A DNA stretch of 64,000 nt from Blastocystis sp. Blastoise (lineage: Eukaryota > Protista > Bigyra: Opalinata). Position numbers and translations under genes: made by a program. The stretch is taken from NCBI GenBank assembly GCA_039096225.1, contig JBBPEB010000006.1, forward strand, positions 744,001 to 808,000, read 5' to 3'. The first letter of the stretch is position 1. Each line of letters starts with the position of its first letter. This document shows positions 37,896 to 51,882 of the stretch, in pieces. Under the pieces are notes generated by a model that searched no databases, was not told the DNA's origin, and saw only the letters and a program-made list of their open reading frames with translations.

Positions 37896-39773
37896 GGTGC
37901 TAATATACCTGATTCTAAGTATCCATTTTGGAGTTCAATTATAAATACATGTCGAAATCATGATCAGCATATATTTATTACTTATCCTGATTCTATATAT
38001 TTATTAAATTATCAAGTCGATATACTTATAATACCTATTGTAGAAGGTAATATTACTAGTTATTCTATTTCTCCTATTACTTTACCTAATGGTATGAAAT
38101 TTAATAATGGTATTTTTAGTGGTAAACCATTAGAAATAATGAATTCTACTGAATATACTGTATTTGCTACTGGTGCTATTACTGTTAATACTACTATTAC
38201 ACTATCTGTTTCTTATGAATATTGTGAAGAAGATGGGTTATGGCCAAAAACTAAAAGAAATACATTTATATATTTACCATGTGATGCATTATATTATACT
38301 GGTTCTATGCACCGTTTTTGTTCTGATGTATCACCACCAAAATGGTTACCAGCTATTTATTTATGTAAAATGAAACAACCTAATATTACATATACATTTA
38401 ATACTGTATATTTAATAATAAATACAAAGATGACTTCATTAATACCAAATTGTACTGGTATATGTACTTCATTTTTTATATCTCCTTCTGTTCCTAAAGG
38501 ATTATTTTTTAATACTACTACTGGTATATTATCAGGTACTCCTGTTCAATCTCAACCATTAATTAAATATAATATAAGTGTATTTAATGATGATGATATG
38601 AATGATACTTTAATATATATATCTATAATAGATTTAATATGTGAACAAGATGGAGATTGGCCTTCGACTAGTATTGGTACTACTGCTTATAAGAATTGTA
38701 CTGATCCTTTAAAAGAAGGTGGTATATATAGAGAATGTCTTAATTTAGATGTACCTACTTGGCAAATACCTAAAGATGAATGTATATATAAATCACCTTA
38801 TATTTCTTATAATTCTACATTTTATATTTTTTATAAAAATTTATTAATTAATCAAGTTATACCAAATACTATGTATTATATTACATCTTTTATGGTTTAT
38901 CCTACATTACCTCTTGGATTATCATTTAATACTACTACAGGTATTATTTATGGTTTACCTTTATACTCTATGCAATCTATTATGTATACTATAACCGCAA
39001 TTAATCCACATAAACGATCTTCATTTATATTAAATATTACTATTGTGGAGCAATATTGCCCCAAAATAGATATTTGGAATAGTATTCCACTTCTTACAAA
39101 TACTATTTTACCATGTGATAATGATATTTTAGGTTATAGAAAACGTGATTGTCTTAATTATAATAATAGTGCTACTTGGTCTGTTCCATTTATTATTAAA
39201 TGTGATGATATTAATATAGTATCAAAATCATTAAATAAAGGATATTTATTTTTATATTATCCATTAGAAATACAAATATATAATACTAGTGATATAGATG
39301 GTGTTTTTTATTATTCTTTATATTCATCTTTCGTAGATTTATTAACATATAATAATATTACTCTTAATGATATTGATATATTATCTAAACAGATCATACT
39401 TAATAATAATTATGTTGATACTATATTCTTAGTACGTTTTTATATTCAAATAGAGTATTTAAATATAATCAATAATACATTATATTATAGTATTAGTAAT
39501 AATACATTGAAAGGTATTCTTTATGTTTATGACCATCGATTTCATAATTATAATATAACAATTTCTTATTCTTCTATATATACAAAATATTTTATTGATG
39601 TTATATTAATTATACAAATATTATTATGTATATGTCTTGTTTTCATCTTTATTTTCTTAATTTATTTATTCATTTATTATCGTAAATTATATAAAAACAA
39701 ATTAAGAATACAATTAAGAAAAGAAAGTGCATATGTAATTGATGATAAACAACCTTTAATTCATTTTCTGTAA
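31858..39773 (+). CDS. Giant type-I membrane surface protein: signal peptide, galactose-binding/F5-8C-like domains, putative Ig (He_PIG-like) repeats, five HRM-like Cys modules, one TM helix
   Basis: Signal-like MRLLSYILLLFFVYE followed by short 5' introns, then a 7.3-kb exon. Repeated LPxG(I/L)x(F/I)(N/D)xxTGx(I/L)xGxP motifs (He_PIG type). Discoidin-like WKLEGSNNNGKTF and IYGSNEAIEW. Five CxxDxxWPxT...C...G...RxC modules. Hydrophobic helix VILIIQILLCICLVFIFIFLIYLFIYY followed by a short basic tail. Confidence 0.85.
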
Positions 39774-40257
39774 TATATAACTATATATTTTTGTATATAT
39801 GTATATGTATATCTATTTTTTTTTGTAATATAGTTTTTTAATTATATATTATATGTTTTTAGTTTTTTTTTTCTATAATTTATATTTATATATATGTATA
39901 CTGAATTAGTATATATTATTTTATTTTTAAATTTTTTTTTTGTATTCTATTTTAGTATTAATATATATAAAAATATATATATTATTTTTCTTTTTTTTTC
40001 CTTTTATCATTTTTTTTTAAAAATATTATTGAGAGATTTCTGTACATAGTCATTCTATTGGTTAGTTATACTTTTTTGTTCCATAATACTATTTATTGCT
40101 ATTATATATATATATGTATATAAATAAATATGTATATGTTTTCTTCTTTTTATTTTATGTTCTATAAAATTGTTCTTTTTCTCACGAGAGTATTTTAAAC
40201 AATATTTTCATTAAATATATGTATATATATATTTTTTAATTTTTTTTTGTTTTTTTC

Positions 40258-40300
<43 letters not shown>

Positions 40301-41071
40301 TAAGAAGAAATTAAATGCTTTCATTTTTTCATTATTCTTTATATATTAACATAAATTGTTATAAATTATTTATACATTTTTTCTAATTATTTGTTATTAT
40401 TCTATACGGAGTGAATATGTTTTTTTTTGTTTTATATTTTTTATTCATATATATAATTTATTTATATATATATATATATTACACATACATTTTTATTTTT
40501 GTTTTTTTTTCCATTTATTTCTTTTCAAATTAATGTTATATATGTATATATACTTTATTTTTAAGTAATTTTTTGTATCTGTTATTTCGAATTCATTTAT
40601 TTCATTTTGGTTCTTGTTATATGTTTCAAATCTTATTTTTGAATGGAGTAGAATACATATATATTATGTAGTATTATAAAAATGACAAGATTTAGTACAT
40701 TATGAAATAAACTATTATGTATTCTATATAAAGGAGATAAAAGTAGACTACTTTATTAGTATATAAAACAGTGTAGTTTTTTAAAATTATTATTATTGTT
40801 TAAAAGTATCAAATATATTAATTGAAGTTATCATGATATTATAATTATTACAGCTCATTTATTATTTATAATTGTATAAAAAAACAGAACAAGAATAACA
40901 AAGTATCATAAATGAATAAAATGTTTGATGAAAGCAAAATAAAATATATATTAGCATAAGATATTTAATGAAAATAAGTGTATTAATAAAAAATAAATAG
41001 TAATACCATAGTATAAGAGATTAATCGAATTGATAAATAAAAGTAAATAATTTGATAGAAGATTTATATAG

Positions 41072-41108
<37 letters not shown>

Positions 41109-41117
41109 CTTTAAAAT

Positions 41118-41899
41118 CTAGCAATGACTCATTTTATAATTATTATATGAATTAATATTTACTTTTTTATATTTATTTAAGGAACGACAATACGGTGTGA
41201 TACGTAATATATTATGATATCTTTTATTTATAATATCTGATATTTGTGAACTATATAATTTTTTATTATGTTTATTGATTAATGATTCTACTGGATAATC
41301 TTCTAGAATATTAATATTATCCGATAATAATGGTATATCTATATATGTCCATTCATCATTATTTGCTATTAAATACTGTTCAAATTGAGGATACCAATCT
41401 TCAAATGGAATAGAATTCTCACGAGGACTATATATATAATTTGTATATTTATAATAATGATGTATATATGATATATATTTTTAGTATATTTATATATATA
41501 TATATTACTTATATATAATTTATATATACACAAAGATAATGCTTCCGTCATCAATATCATAATAATCATAGAGTACTGCAGATATACACAATTCCTATAT
41601 ATATACATATAAAAAATAGTATATTTATTTTATAATATATATTATAATTTATGTAATAATAATGTATATAATAATTTATGTAATAATAATTTATATAATA
41701 AACTATATAATAATAATTTATATAATAAACTATATAATAATAATTTATATAATAAACTATATAATAATCTTATAATAATAATAAATGTATATATACATCA
41801 CTTTCGTGGTATACCTGCCCAAGACTAGTAAATACTTTAAATAAATTTTCTGAAACTGACTATATATATAGTATAGAGTATATTCTAGTGTATATATGA

Positions 41900-41940
<41 letters not shown>

Positions 41941-42540
41941 CAATATATTCTTCTTTGAGTGTTATTAAATCCAAAGAATCTGATGTAATATCATTATCTA
42001 TTAAATACAAAAATAAATACATATATAAATAAATTAAATTGATAAAAATATTATTAATAATATTATTGATAAAAATAGGAAAATCTTATTTGAAAAAACT
42101 ATTATATATGTATTATTATAATTATTATGAATACTAGTTAAATAAATATGATTATTAATAAGTAAATATATACATATTCTCCGTTTATGTATATGTTTAT
42201 TATAATGGCAAAATGCAAGAGATTTCAAAAAATTCAAGTCACATGCAGTATTATAACGATGATATAATCTATATATTAACATGTATTACTATTATTATAC
42301 TAATTATTATTATTATAACAATATACAATATAGCTAAGGGTAATATATATGGAAAATTCCCTTGAATATCTATATTTTCATATATATATGGCAATTCGTA
42401 TATATCACAAATTTCATGAAGAATCTCGATAATATTAGTTTCTTTATATTTAAGAAAGATATCAAATGCTTTGAAGAAACTATATATAGTAGGGTATAGA
42501 GATTTGTATTGGAAAAAGTAGTTTAATTATGTTAATATCG

Positions 42541-42578
<38 letters not shown>

Positions 42579-42668
42579 TCCATATGTGTTCCACGCGAAG
42601 GGGCATCACCTGATTTTAATAAATAACGATAATGAAAGAAAGGTCTTGTATCACCCTATATAATAATG

Positions 42669-42723
<55 letters not shown>

Positions 42724-44453
42724 TTATATAATAATATGTATATACAAAAAATTTATCATATTGACGATGAAGAATATCAAAACAAAAACGACATAATCTA
42801 TCTATATATATATATATAATGATAGTATCTAGAAAAATTCTATATTATATAACTTTTATTATTATATATAAATACTCATTTCTTCATCTGTTGGTAATTT
42901 AACTATAACTACGTTGCAGTTATTAATTAAAAAAGACCATGGCATGTTGGATTTCATATAATAATGATCATTTATCACTTGATTTATTTCTATATATATT
43001 AATATATAATCTAATAAAAAAGTACTTTTATAAAGTCGTTATATAATAATAATAATAAATATAATAATAATAATATACTTTCATCTTTCATATATTTCAT
43101 TAATGTCTGTTTAAATTCTTCTCTTGATATTTCTAATGAATTATCATAAGGATATATATCGAAAGGATAATCACTCTTTATATTTTCATTATAAATACCT
43201 AAATTATCTTTAACCTATTATATTATATATATATAAACAAATATTATTGTTTTAAGTGATTATTCATATACAAATATTATTTAATAATTGTAATTACTAT
43301 TGTACATAATAAAAGAAAAATAATAAAGTATATAAAAAATAATATAAATAATAATATATGTATATACATTTTGAACTCTTTCATTGAGTTCTATTTCTGA
43401 TAAATTTTGATAAAATTCACTCAAAATCATATATATATTTCCATTATAATAATTGATAACATCACATAACTTTTCAATAGAGACATTTGCTATTTATATA
43501 CATTTAAAAAATTATTATATAAACATATATATATACGTCTTTCCCAAAAGAATGTAACTGTATCACATCCCGCCAAAACACCAAAAAGAGGGAAATATGA
43601 AATCGGAATTTTTAAATAATTAGAAATAATTTGTGGTGAATAAACATATCGATCATTAAAATACATAGCTATATATTTATAATTAATAATATAATAAATT
43701 TAGATGTTTTTTCTTATTATAGCATATATATCAATATAATAATATAATAATATATCTATACTAGGTAAAAGACTTGTAGTATCAAATGCATTTAAATCCA
43801 TTTGATATATAACACCTTTAACATCATATAGAAATAAATCTGTATCACAAGTTAATACATAACAATCATGAGTTTTTGAATAATTTGCAACACATCTATA
43901 GAAGATGATATATAGATATACTTTATTATTATTTATTTAAAATTTTAAATATATATATATACCTATCTCCATCTCCAAGTGGTCGAATTAGTTCACAATT
44001 TAATTTATGGCTTTCAATATATTTCCTAATACAATGATAATAACAACTTGTTCCATTGGATGGTCGAAAATCTGTTTTTGTTCTTTTTTTAATGTTGGCA
44101 TAGTCATCGACAGCTGAATTGAATTCTACATTTCTTGTTTTTAAAAATGACTTTTCTTTTTGCTTCAAAGTGGAATAATCATATAAAAAACATATAGGAT
44201 TCATCTTGTATCTCTTTAATTTATAAAAAAATATTTCGACGTTTCTATAAACCAAAGATTCGCATGTACTATATTCAAATGGAAATCTTCTTAGTAATAC
44301 ATTGATATAATCATGACCATCGACAACTACATCTATCTCTTCATTCCTATCACTATAATAAACATATATTAATTATTAAAAATGATGTTAATACACTAAA
44401 GAAGGATATTTATGAGAGTGTCCAAGCAACCTGTAAAAACCATATATTCCCAT
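41118..44453 (-). CDS. Asteroid/FAM120-like XPG-type PIN-domain protein, multi-exon
   Basis: MGIYGFYRLL...VVVDGHDY...ICFLYD...GDGDRDVA...YVLTCDTDLFLYD...FPLFGVLAGCDT matches the XPG-N/I acidic motif order of Asteroid-like nucleases. The last exon ends MSHC-TAG at 41118. Confidence 0.75.
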
Positions 44454-45130
44454 AGAGATTCAATTGAATGAAAATAAAATATATATATTCTTTTCTTGTT
44501 AATAAAGAACGAGAAATGTCCTATTTTTTTTATGTAAAGTAACAGACAGCAATAACTCTAAAAGTAACTCTTCAAAAGGAATTAAATTAGTAACTTGTAG
44601 ATAAAAGTTTCTAGTCACACAGTATTCAAGTTGTAACTAATAGAGCAACTAAATATTTATCATAGCAGGGTTACTGTTTTAGAATATGTTCAGAAAATCA
44701 AATTAATGCTTGCTTTATTGCTTCATCATTAACACATTTCGTGAATACTTGTATGAAACCACGAGTTCGTTAGAACATCAGTATATATTATGTTGCTATC
44801 ATTGTTACGCCCAATAATTTGAATACTATTTCATTTCTTAGTGTTTTTTTGACAAGATTACAGGATTCTTTTGTTGATTAAATGAATTTGAATTTATAAA
44901 ACATAGAATCAAATGATATTCTTCAGAAAATCTAAGAAATTAGAATGGAAAAAGAGAAATTCATCAAAATATATGATACTTATTGGATAAACACGAAGAA
45001 TATGATAGAAGAAAATGATACTAATAATTTTTATTTGAACGTCTTAATAAATGAGTGAATAATTAGAGATATAAAAGAATAATATAGTTAAAAGTATTTA
45101 TATTCTGAATTTCAACTATTAAAGAAGAAA

Positions 45131-45532
45131 GTGAATGAAAAAGAGGATACTAAACAAGTGGAGAAGAAAGTGAATAAGAATAAGCATAGAAACAATAAGA
45201 GCCAGAATAAGAAAGCTGTTATTCTTCCTGAGATCCCTACGGGTCTTCCTACATCAACAGAGCATATAATTACTGGAGAAACAACACCAAAAGCATCAAC
45301 TAATGATAATATAAATAGTGAAAAGAGTATAAATAATAATATTATAAATAATGAAGAAAAACAAGTTGATGATACTGTTTCTGAATCAAATAAAAATACC
45401 ACTATAAGAAATCATTTTAGAAAACAACGTAGAAACCAAGAAAAGAAGATGAATTCAAATAATTCCACTGAAACTACAAGTACTTCTCCTTCTGTAAAGA
45501 ATGAAGAACAACCTCATATCATTGAAGCTTAA
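45131..45532 (+). CDS. Hypothetical Lys/Asn-rich protein (probably a terminal exon; 5' end unresolved)
   Basis: 133-aa ORF with coding-like composition and no recognisable domain. It begins at GTG, so the real start or upstream exons were not identified. Confidence 0.45.
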   Translation: MNEKEDTKQVEKKVNKNKHRNNKSQNKKAVILPEIPTGLPTSTEHIITGETTPKASTNDNINSEKSINNNIINNEEKQVDDTVSESNKNTTIRNHFRKQRRNQEKKMNSNNSTETTSTSPSVKNEEQPHIIEA

Positions 45533-46308
45533 TATATATATATATATCCTTATTATTATATGAATTTTTTTTTATTCTATATATATATTTCTTATACTCT
45601 GTATATATTTCCAATACTATTATTGTCAAGAATTTCTTGTTTTTAAATATATTCTGTAACAAATATTCTTATATCTATATTTCTTGTATTCAAAATGACT
45701 ATTATTAGACTATAATTTTGTTTTGTTAAATTGGTTTCTATTCTTTTTATAAATATTAAAAAACTTATTTTTTTCTAAGACTGTTTATATATAAAGTATA
45801 AAAATGATTTTTTTTTTTAATAATAACATATAAAAGAATAAACAATAAAAAAATATATCGTTTCTTTTTATATCAAAAAAAAATAGTCACAAAATACCCT
45901 TTTTTGAATCTTCAAATGAATCGTTATTCATATTATTAACAAACAAAAAATCATTAAAAGAGCTTTATCTGAATATATATAGATTGAGATTGAATGATGT
46001 TCAACGTGATGAGTGTTTTGAAAAAACAACCAATTAATTTGTGGATTTGTATTCCAAAAAGAATCTCCAAAAATCTCGTTTTTAATCTCCTTCTTTTTGT
46101 GTTGTTTTTCTTATCAAAAAGTATGTTTTGATATTTATAATTGTGCTTTGTGCATTATTTGTAAATAATTTACTTAATTTCTTTGTTGGATTGAAAGAAA
46201 TCAACATATTAAAGTAAGTTTTAGTAGTTAATTGTTTCTTATACAGTAGATGAATTATATAATTGTTTTGCTATTGTTCATATTGACTCTATGTCAATCT
46301 CAATGTAG

Positions 46309-48281
46309 TGTAAAGAATGAGATGTTGAAAGAAGTATTGAAAATATATATTTTTTAAACATTTTCTTTATATAAAGGATTCTCGTGCTTATGAAAAGTCG
46401 AATAGAAGAGTTCCTGACGATGAAACAATCAATGTATATCTTATAGGTCATACTCACGATGATACAGGTTGGCTTCAAACAACTGATCAATATTATGTGA
46501 AAGTATTTTATAATTCTAATTCGTTATTTATATACAAAATGATTCTATATAGCAAATTCATTATATATTAGATTCAGTAATGTCAGCTTTAACAGAGAAT
46601 GAAGACCGAAAGTTTACGTATGTCTTTAGGAATTGTTTATTATGTTATAAAATGTTATTTAATAATGAATTGTGTTTATATTTAGTTATGTCGAACAAGA
46701 TTATTTCCAGAAATGGTGGAATGAAATATCTGAAAAGAAGAAAGAACAAGTTCGTCAGTTAGTAAAAGAAGGAAGAGTAAATATTTTTATATTTATTTTA
46801 TTTATATAGAGATTTTTTTATTCATATAAGATTTTTTTTATTTATATAATATTAATTAATAAATAAATAAATAAATAAATAAACAAAATAAATAAATAAA
46901 TAAATAAATAAATAAAATAAAATAAAATAAATATAAATAAAATAAATATTATCTATATATAGTTAGAATTTAATTTAGGTGGTTGGTGTATGACTGATGA
47001 GGCAGGTGCTCATTATGAAGATATAATAAATGAAATGACATTAGGTCATAAATATATATATGATGAGTTTGGTATACGTCCTACAGTAGGTTGGCATATA
47101 GATCCTTTTGGTCATTCTAGTCAAGTAGCTTCATTATATTCACAAATGGGTTTTGATGGTTATAGTATATTTCGTATTCATTATGATGACGTAGAAAGAA
47201 GAAAAGAAAATAAAACATTAGAATTTATATGGAGAGGTTCAAAATCTTTAGATAATGAAAGTGATTTATTTACTCATTATTTAGAATCTGGATATCATGC
47301 TGCAGGAGAAGCAAATTTCTTTGGTGATAGTTGTGGTATGTGTTTTTTTAATAGTGATGATAATTCATGGTTTGCTTGGGATGATTCTTTACCTACTTAT
47401 AAAACAAATCAAGAATATCATATGAAACGATTTGTAGATATGGTAAGAACAAGAACTGCTTGGTTTGATAATGGGAATAATTTATTATTACCTTGGGGTG
47501 CAGATTTTACATTTATAAATGCTTTTATTCCTTTTGATAATATGGATAAATTTATTGAATATGTGAATTCTCATGAAAATCAATATCATATACATATTCA
47601 ATATGCTGTATTATCTGATTATATAAAGGCAGTACATGAATATCATAAGAAGTGGACAGTTAAAACTGACGATTTCTTCCCTTATGCACGTGGATCGAAT
47701 AGTTATTGGACTGGTTATTATACATCAAGAGATCGTCTGAAAGGACTTGTTCGGTATATACTTTTATTTTTGTTATTTATTTATTTTTGTTATTTATTTA
47801 TTTTTGTTATTTATTTATTTTGTTTTTTATTTATTTGTTATTTATTTATTTGTTATTTATTTATTTTTGTTTTTTATTTATTTTTGTTTTTTATTTATTT
47901 TTGTTTGTTATTTATTTTTGTTTTTTTATTTATTTTTGTTTTTTTATTTATTTTTGTTTTTTATTTATTTGTTATTTATTTATTTTTGCTTATTATTTAT
48001 TTTTGTTTTTTGTTAATTTTATTTAAATATATTTACTAATAGTTTTCATCTTTTTATTCTAGTAATTTTTAATTATATAAATAATAAAAATAATATAAAT
48101 TTAATATATAAATATATAGTGAAAAGATGAATGAATTATCAAATGCTGAAATGTATTTAGCTCTTTCTAAAGCTGAAAAGAAATCACTTAATTTTGCTGA
48201 ATTATATTCAGATATAATGAAATTAAGAAAAGCTCAAGGAGAAGTACAACATCATGATGCTATTACTGGTATATTATTATT

Positions 48282-48313
<32 letters not shown>

Positions 48314-48331
48314 TTATTATTATTATTTATT

Positions 48332-48379
<48 letters not shown>

Positions 48380-50955
48380 TTATTATTCATAATACTATAT
48401 ATTATTATTATTATTATTATTATATAGGTACTGAGAAACAAGCTGTAGCTAATGATTATAATGTTCAATTAGTGAATGGTGCTTATTATGCAAATAAAGC
48501 TGCTTCTACAATATTAGACATATATACTACATTAGAGAATATTAATAAGAATAGTACTGAAGTTTTCCCTTTATTAACTGAAGAGAATCGTATTGCTGTA
48601 GTATTATCAAATAGTATTGCTTGGAATAGAAACGAAGTCATTCAATTAATTTCTCCTCGTAGTGATGTAGGCATATATGATAAAGAAGGAAAACCATTTG
48701 AAGTCCAAATTAATGAAATTCCTGAATTCTCTTATGATCGTCGTAATGGTACTTATTATATATATTTCCCCATAGAAATACCTGCTATGGGATATACTAC
48801 AGTATATATAAAAGTTAATAAAGATTCTATTGTAACTAAACCTATTGAAGATACTTTTATTAGTAATAATAAGATGAAACTTACACTTAATAATGGTATA
48901 TTTATTATTTTATATTTATTTATATTTATTATTTTTTATATATTAATTATAATAATTCTTCATATATTAATCATAATAATTCTCTATATAGGTTACATAG
49001 AAGATATAATATTATCCAATTCAACTCATTATCCTTTATATTCTTCTTTATATCAATATAAGTCGAATGTAGGTTATCCTGCTACAAGTGGTGCTTATGC
49101 ATTTACACCTGGTTTTGAAGGATCTATTGGTGTATCGAATTCAGATAATAATATAGTTATGGGTGAAGGACGTATTGATTCTATTTTAGAAGGTGATCAT
49201 ATAGTACATCTTATTAGTATAGTAGGTGATCGTGATTGTGATGATATTATTGATACAAATCTTAGAGGTTATGATAATAAACAAATTAAATATATAGTTC
49301 AACGATTTGATAAGAATGAAGGATGGGGTCAACATTTACAAATTAATACTGTTTCTATTAATTTAGATAAATCTCCTTCTAATACTTTATATGGTTCTAC
49401 TACTATTTCTTCTTCTAAAGAAGAATCACAAGAAATAGAAATTAATTTTTCAACACCTTTTAAAAATAATAAAAAATTATATATGTTTACTACTGTTTCT
49501 TCTGAAGAACAACATCTTATATTATGTTCAGTAAAATCACTTAGTAATTCTAAAGCTATTCTATTAGTTCGTATATATGGTGCTTCTTCATGGAAAAAAG
49601 ATGTTATTATTAATTATATAGTATTTGAAGAAGGAAGTCAACCTTTTGATTCTTATAAAGATCAAATAATATATGGAGAAGGAGAAGGTATATTAGATAC
49701 AAATAATTTCTTACGATTAAATATTCCTTGGACACAATCACTTCAATCACCACGTGTTTTTGTACAAGTATATAGTGATATATCAATTAGTATTATGAAT
49801 CGTTATATACATACTAATGAAATATCCTTTAATATGAAGAGTATTGATGATAATCAAGGTAAATCTATAAAGATTATGTATTTTATTCTTCCTTCTGTTG
49901 ATGGTGCTAGTCCTATTTTATCTTCTCAAGAAACTATAAATAATATTATTATTAAAGGACCATTAGTAGAAGAAATTCAACAAATATATAGAAAAGGATA
50001 TTATAGTATATATAGATTATATAAACAAGGTATTCAAGAAAATATACTTGAAGTAAATACAGAAATGAATGGTATTGATGATGGTCGTGAAGTTGTTCTT
50101 CAATTGAATACAAATCTTAAGAATGAAAAAACTATATATTCTGATACTATTGGTATGGAACAACAAAAACGTGTTTTTAATCCTTTATATTCTGAACCTA
50201 TTCCTGCAAATGTATATCCATGTGTATCTCGTGCATATATAGAAGATAAAAAAGAAAATATACGTTTAACTGTATTAGTCGATAGAGCTCATGGTGTATC
50301 TTCTCAAAAAGAAGGAAGAATGGAAATAATGATAAAAAGAAGAACTATTGGTGATGATGGATATGGTGTTGGAGAACCACTTATTGAAAATGATCATGTT
50401 AAAGAAAAATTCTGGTTTATGTTTAATACTATTGAAATGTCTTCAATTTTATATAAACAACTTGATTTATATTTATCTCATCCTCCTCTTCCTTATTATT
50501 CTATTATTAATAATAATATTATTAATAATAATAATATTAATTTACAAGATCAATATTCTTTTATTCAATCTGAATTACCTAAAAATATTCAATTATTAAA
50601 TTTCCAATTAGCTGGATTAGATGATAAGACTTATTTATTAAGATTCCATCATATATATGAAAAGAATGAATGTGAATTAGCTATTCCTGTAGAAATTGAT
50701 TTATCTAAACTTTTCAAAGGTTTTGAAATCATTGATTATGAAGAAAAGATATTAACGGGTATGTTTAATAAAGAACAAGTAGAACAAGAACGTTTACGTT
50801 GGGATACTGAAGATAATAATAATAATCATGATGATAATGATATTCATATACAAAATAATAAAAGTCATCATAATCAATCTGTTCGTGGAAATAAAAATAT
50901 GATTATTACTATTAAACCTATGGAATTCAAAACTTTTGCTGTTACTATTAATTAA
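46309..50955 (+). CDS. Lysosomal-type alpha-mannosidase, glycoside hydrolase family 38 (5' end unresolved)
   Basis: Motifs HTHDDTGWLQT, GGWCMTDEA, GWHIDPFGHS (nucleophile), PWGADF, DDFFPYA..YWTGYYTSR, HHDAITGTEKQAVANDY, SGAYAFTP, RLTVLVDRAHG, YLLRFHHIYE. In-frame introns at 48269..48427 and 48896..48991 are read through by the ORF track. Confidence 0.95.
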
Positions 50956-51334
50956 TAACAGTATTGTTTAATCATTGTTTTGTTAATTAAATTTTTTTAA
51001 CATATTAATAATATTAATTGAAAATGGAATACTATATTTTATTAAATAGTATTTTTCAAGGAAAAAAATCATTTTTTGAGGATAAACAATATAATGTTTT
51101 ACAGTAGTAAATTCTAATAAAACGATATTATATAAAGTGTTTTAATAATTGATTAATTACAACCAAACAAATGCATAAATGATAAAAAAATAAATGTATA
51201 TATTAATTTGTGTTTATAAAAAAATATAAAGAATATATAGGTGACATTTAAAAACTGTTAAAAAAAGAGAAAAGAAAAAGAAGAATATAATTATTATAAA
51301 AAATATTATATATATAAAACAACTTTTAAATAAA

Positions 51335-51563
51335 TTAATCTCCTAAGAAGAAGAAATTTCCAGAAAGTTTTTGTTCTTTATCCTTTTGAGAATCCATTTT
51401 ATTAATACGAGGTCTAAAGTTATTAGGATCTCTTCTGAAAGTAATTTCTAAAGCTTTTAAGAATTTATTCATACCATTAAATAAAGATTGAGGAGAGCAA
51501 GCAGTACAATCAACGCCAGGTTTACCTTCATATACAACTACACTATCAGCTAAATAAGTAGCC

Positions 51564-51596
<33 letters not shown>

Positions 51597-51851
51597 ATGT
51601 GTATAGTGCTATGGAATTCATTATGGTAAAAATATATTATAATATAATATATATAAATATATATAATATTATAATAAAATAATAATCAACTCTAGCGCAA
51701 CTATAAATAAATTCATTCATCTACCATTAATTATATATATCTTAATTATACATAATAAAAGTATAATTGATATTAATTTAAATAATAATGGATTCATATT
51801 AATAAAAAAAAATACAAATACAAAAATACAAAAATACAAATACAAAAATAC

Positions 51852-51882
<31 letters not shown>

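Noticed and set aside
47706-48039. Three overlapping hydrophobic ORFs resembling membrane proteins
   Set aside because: They read into a T-rich repetitive intron of the mannosidase gene.
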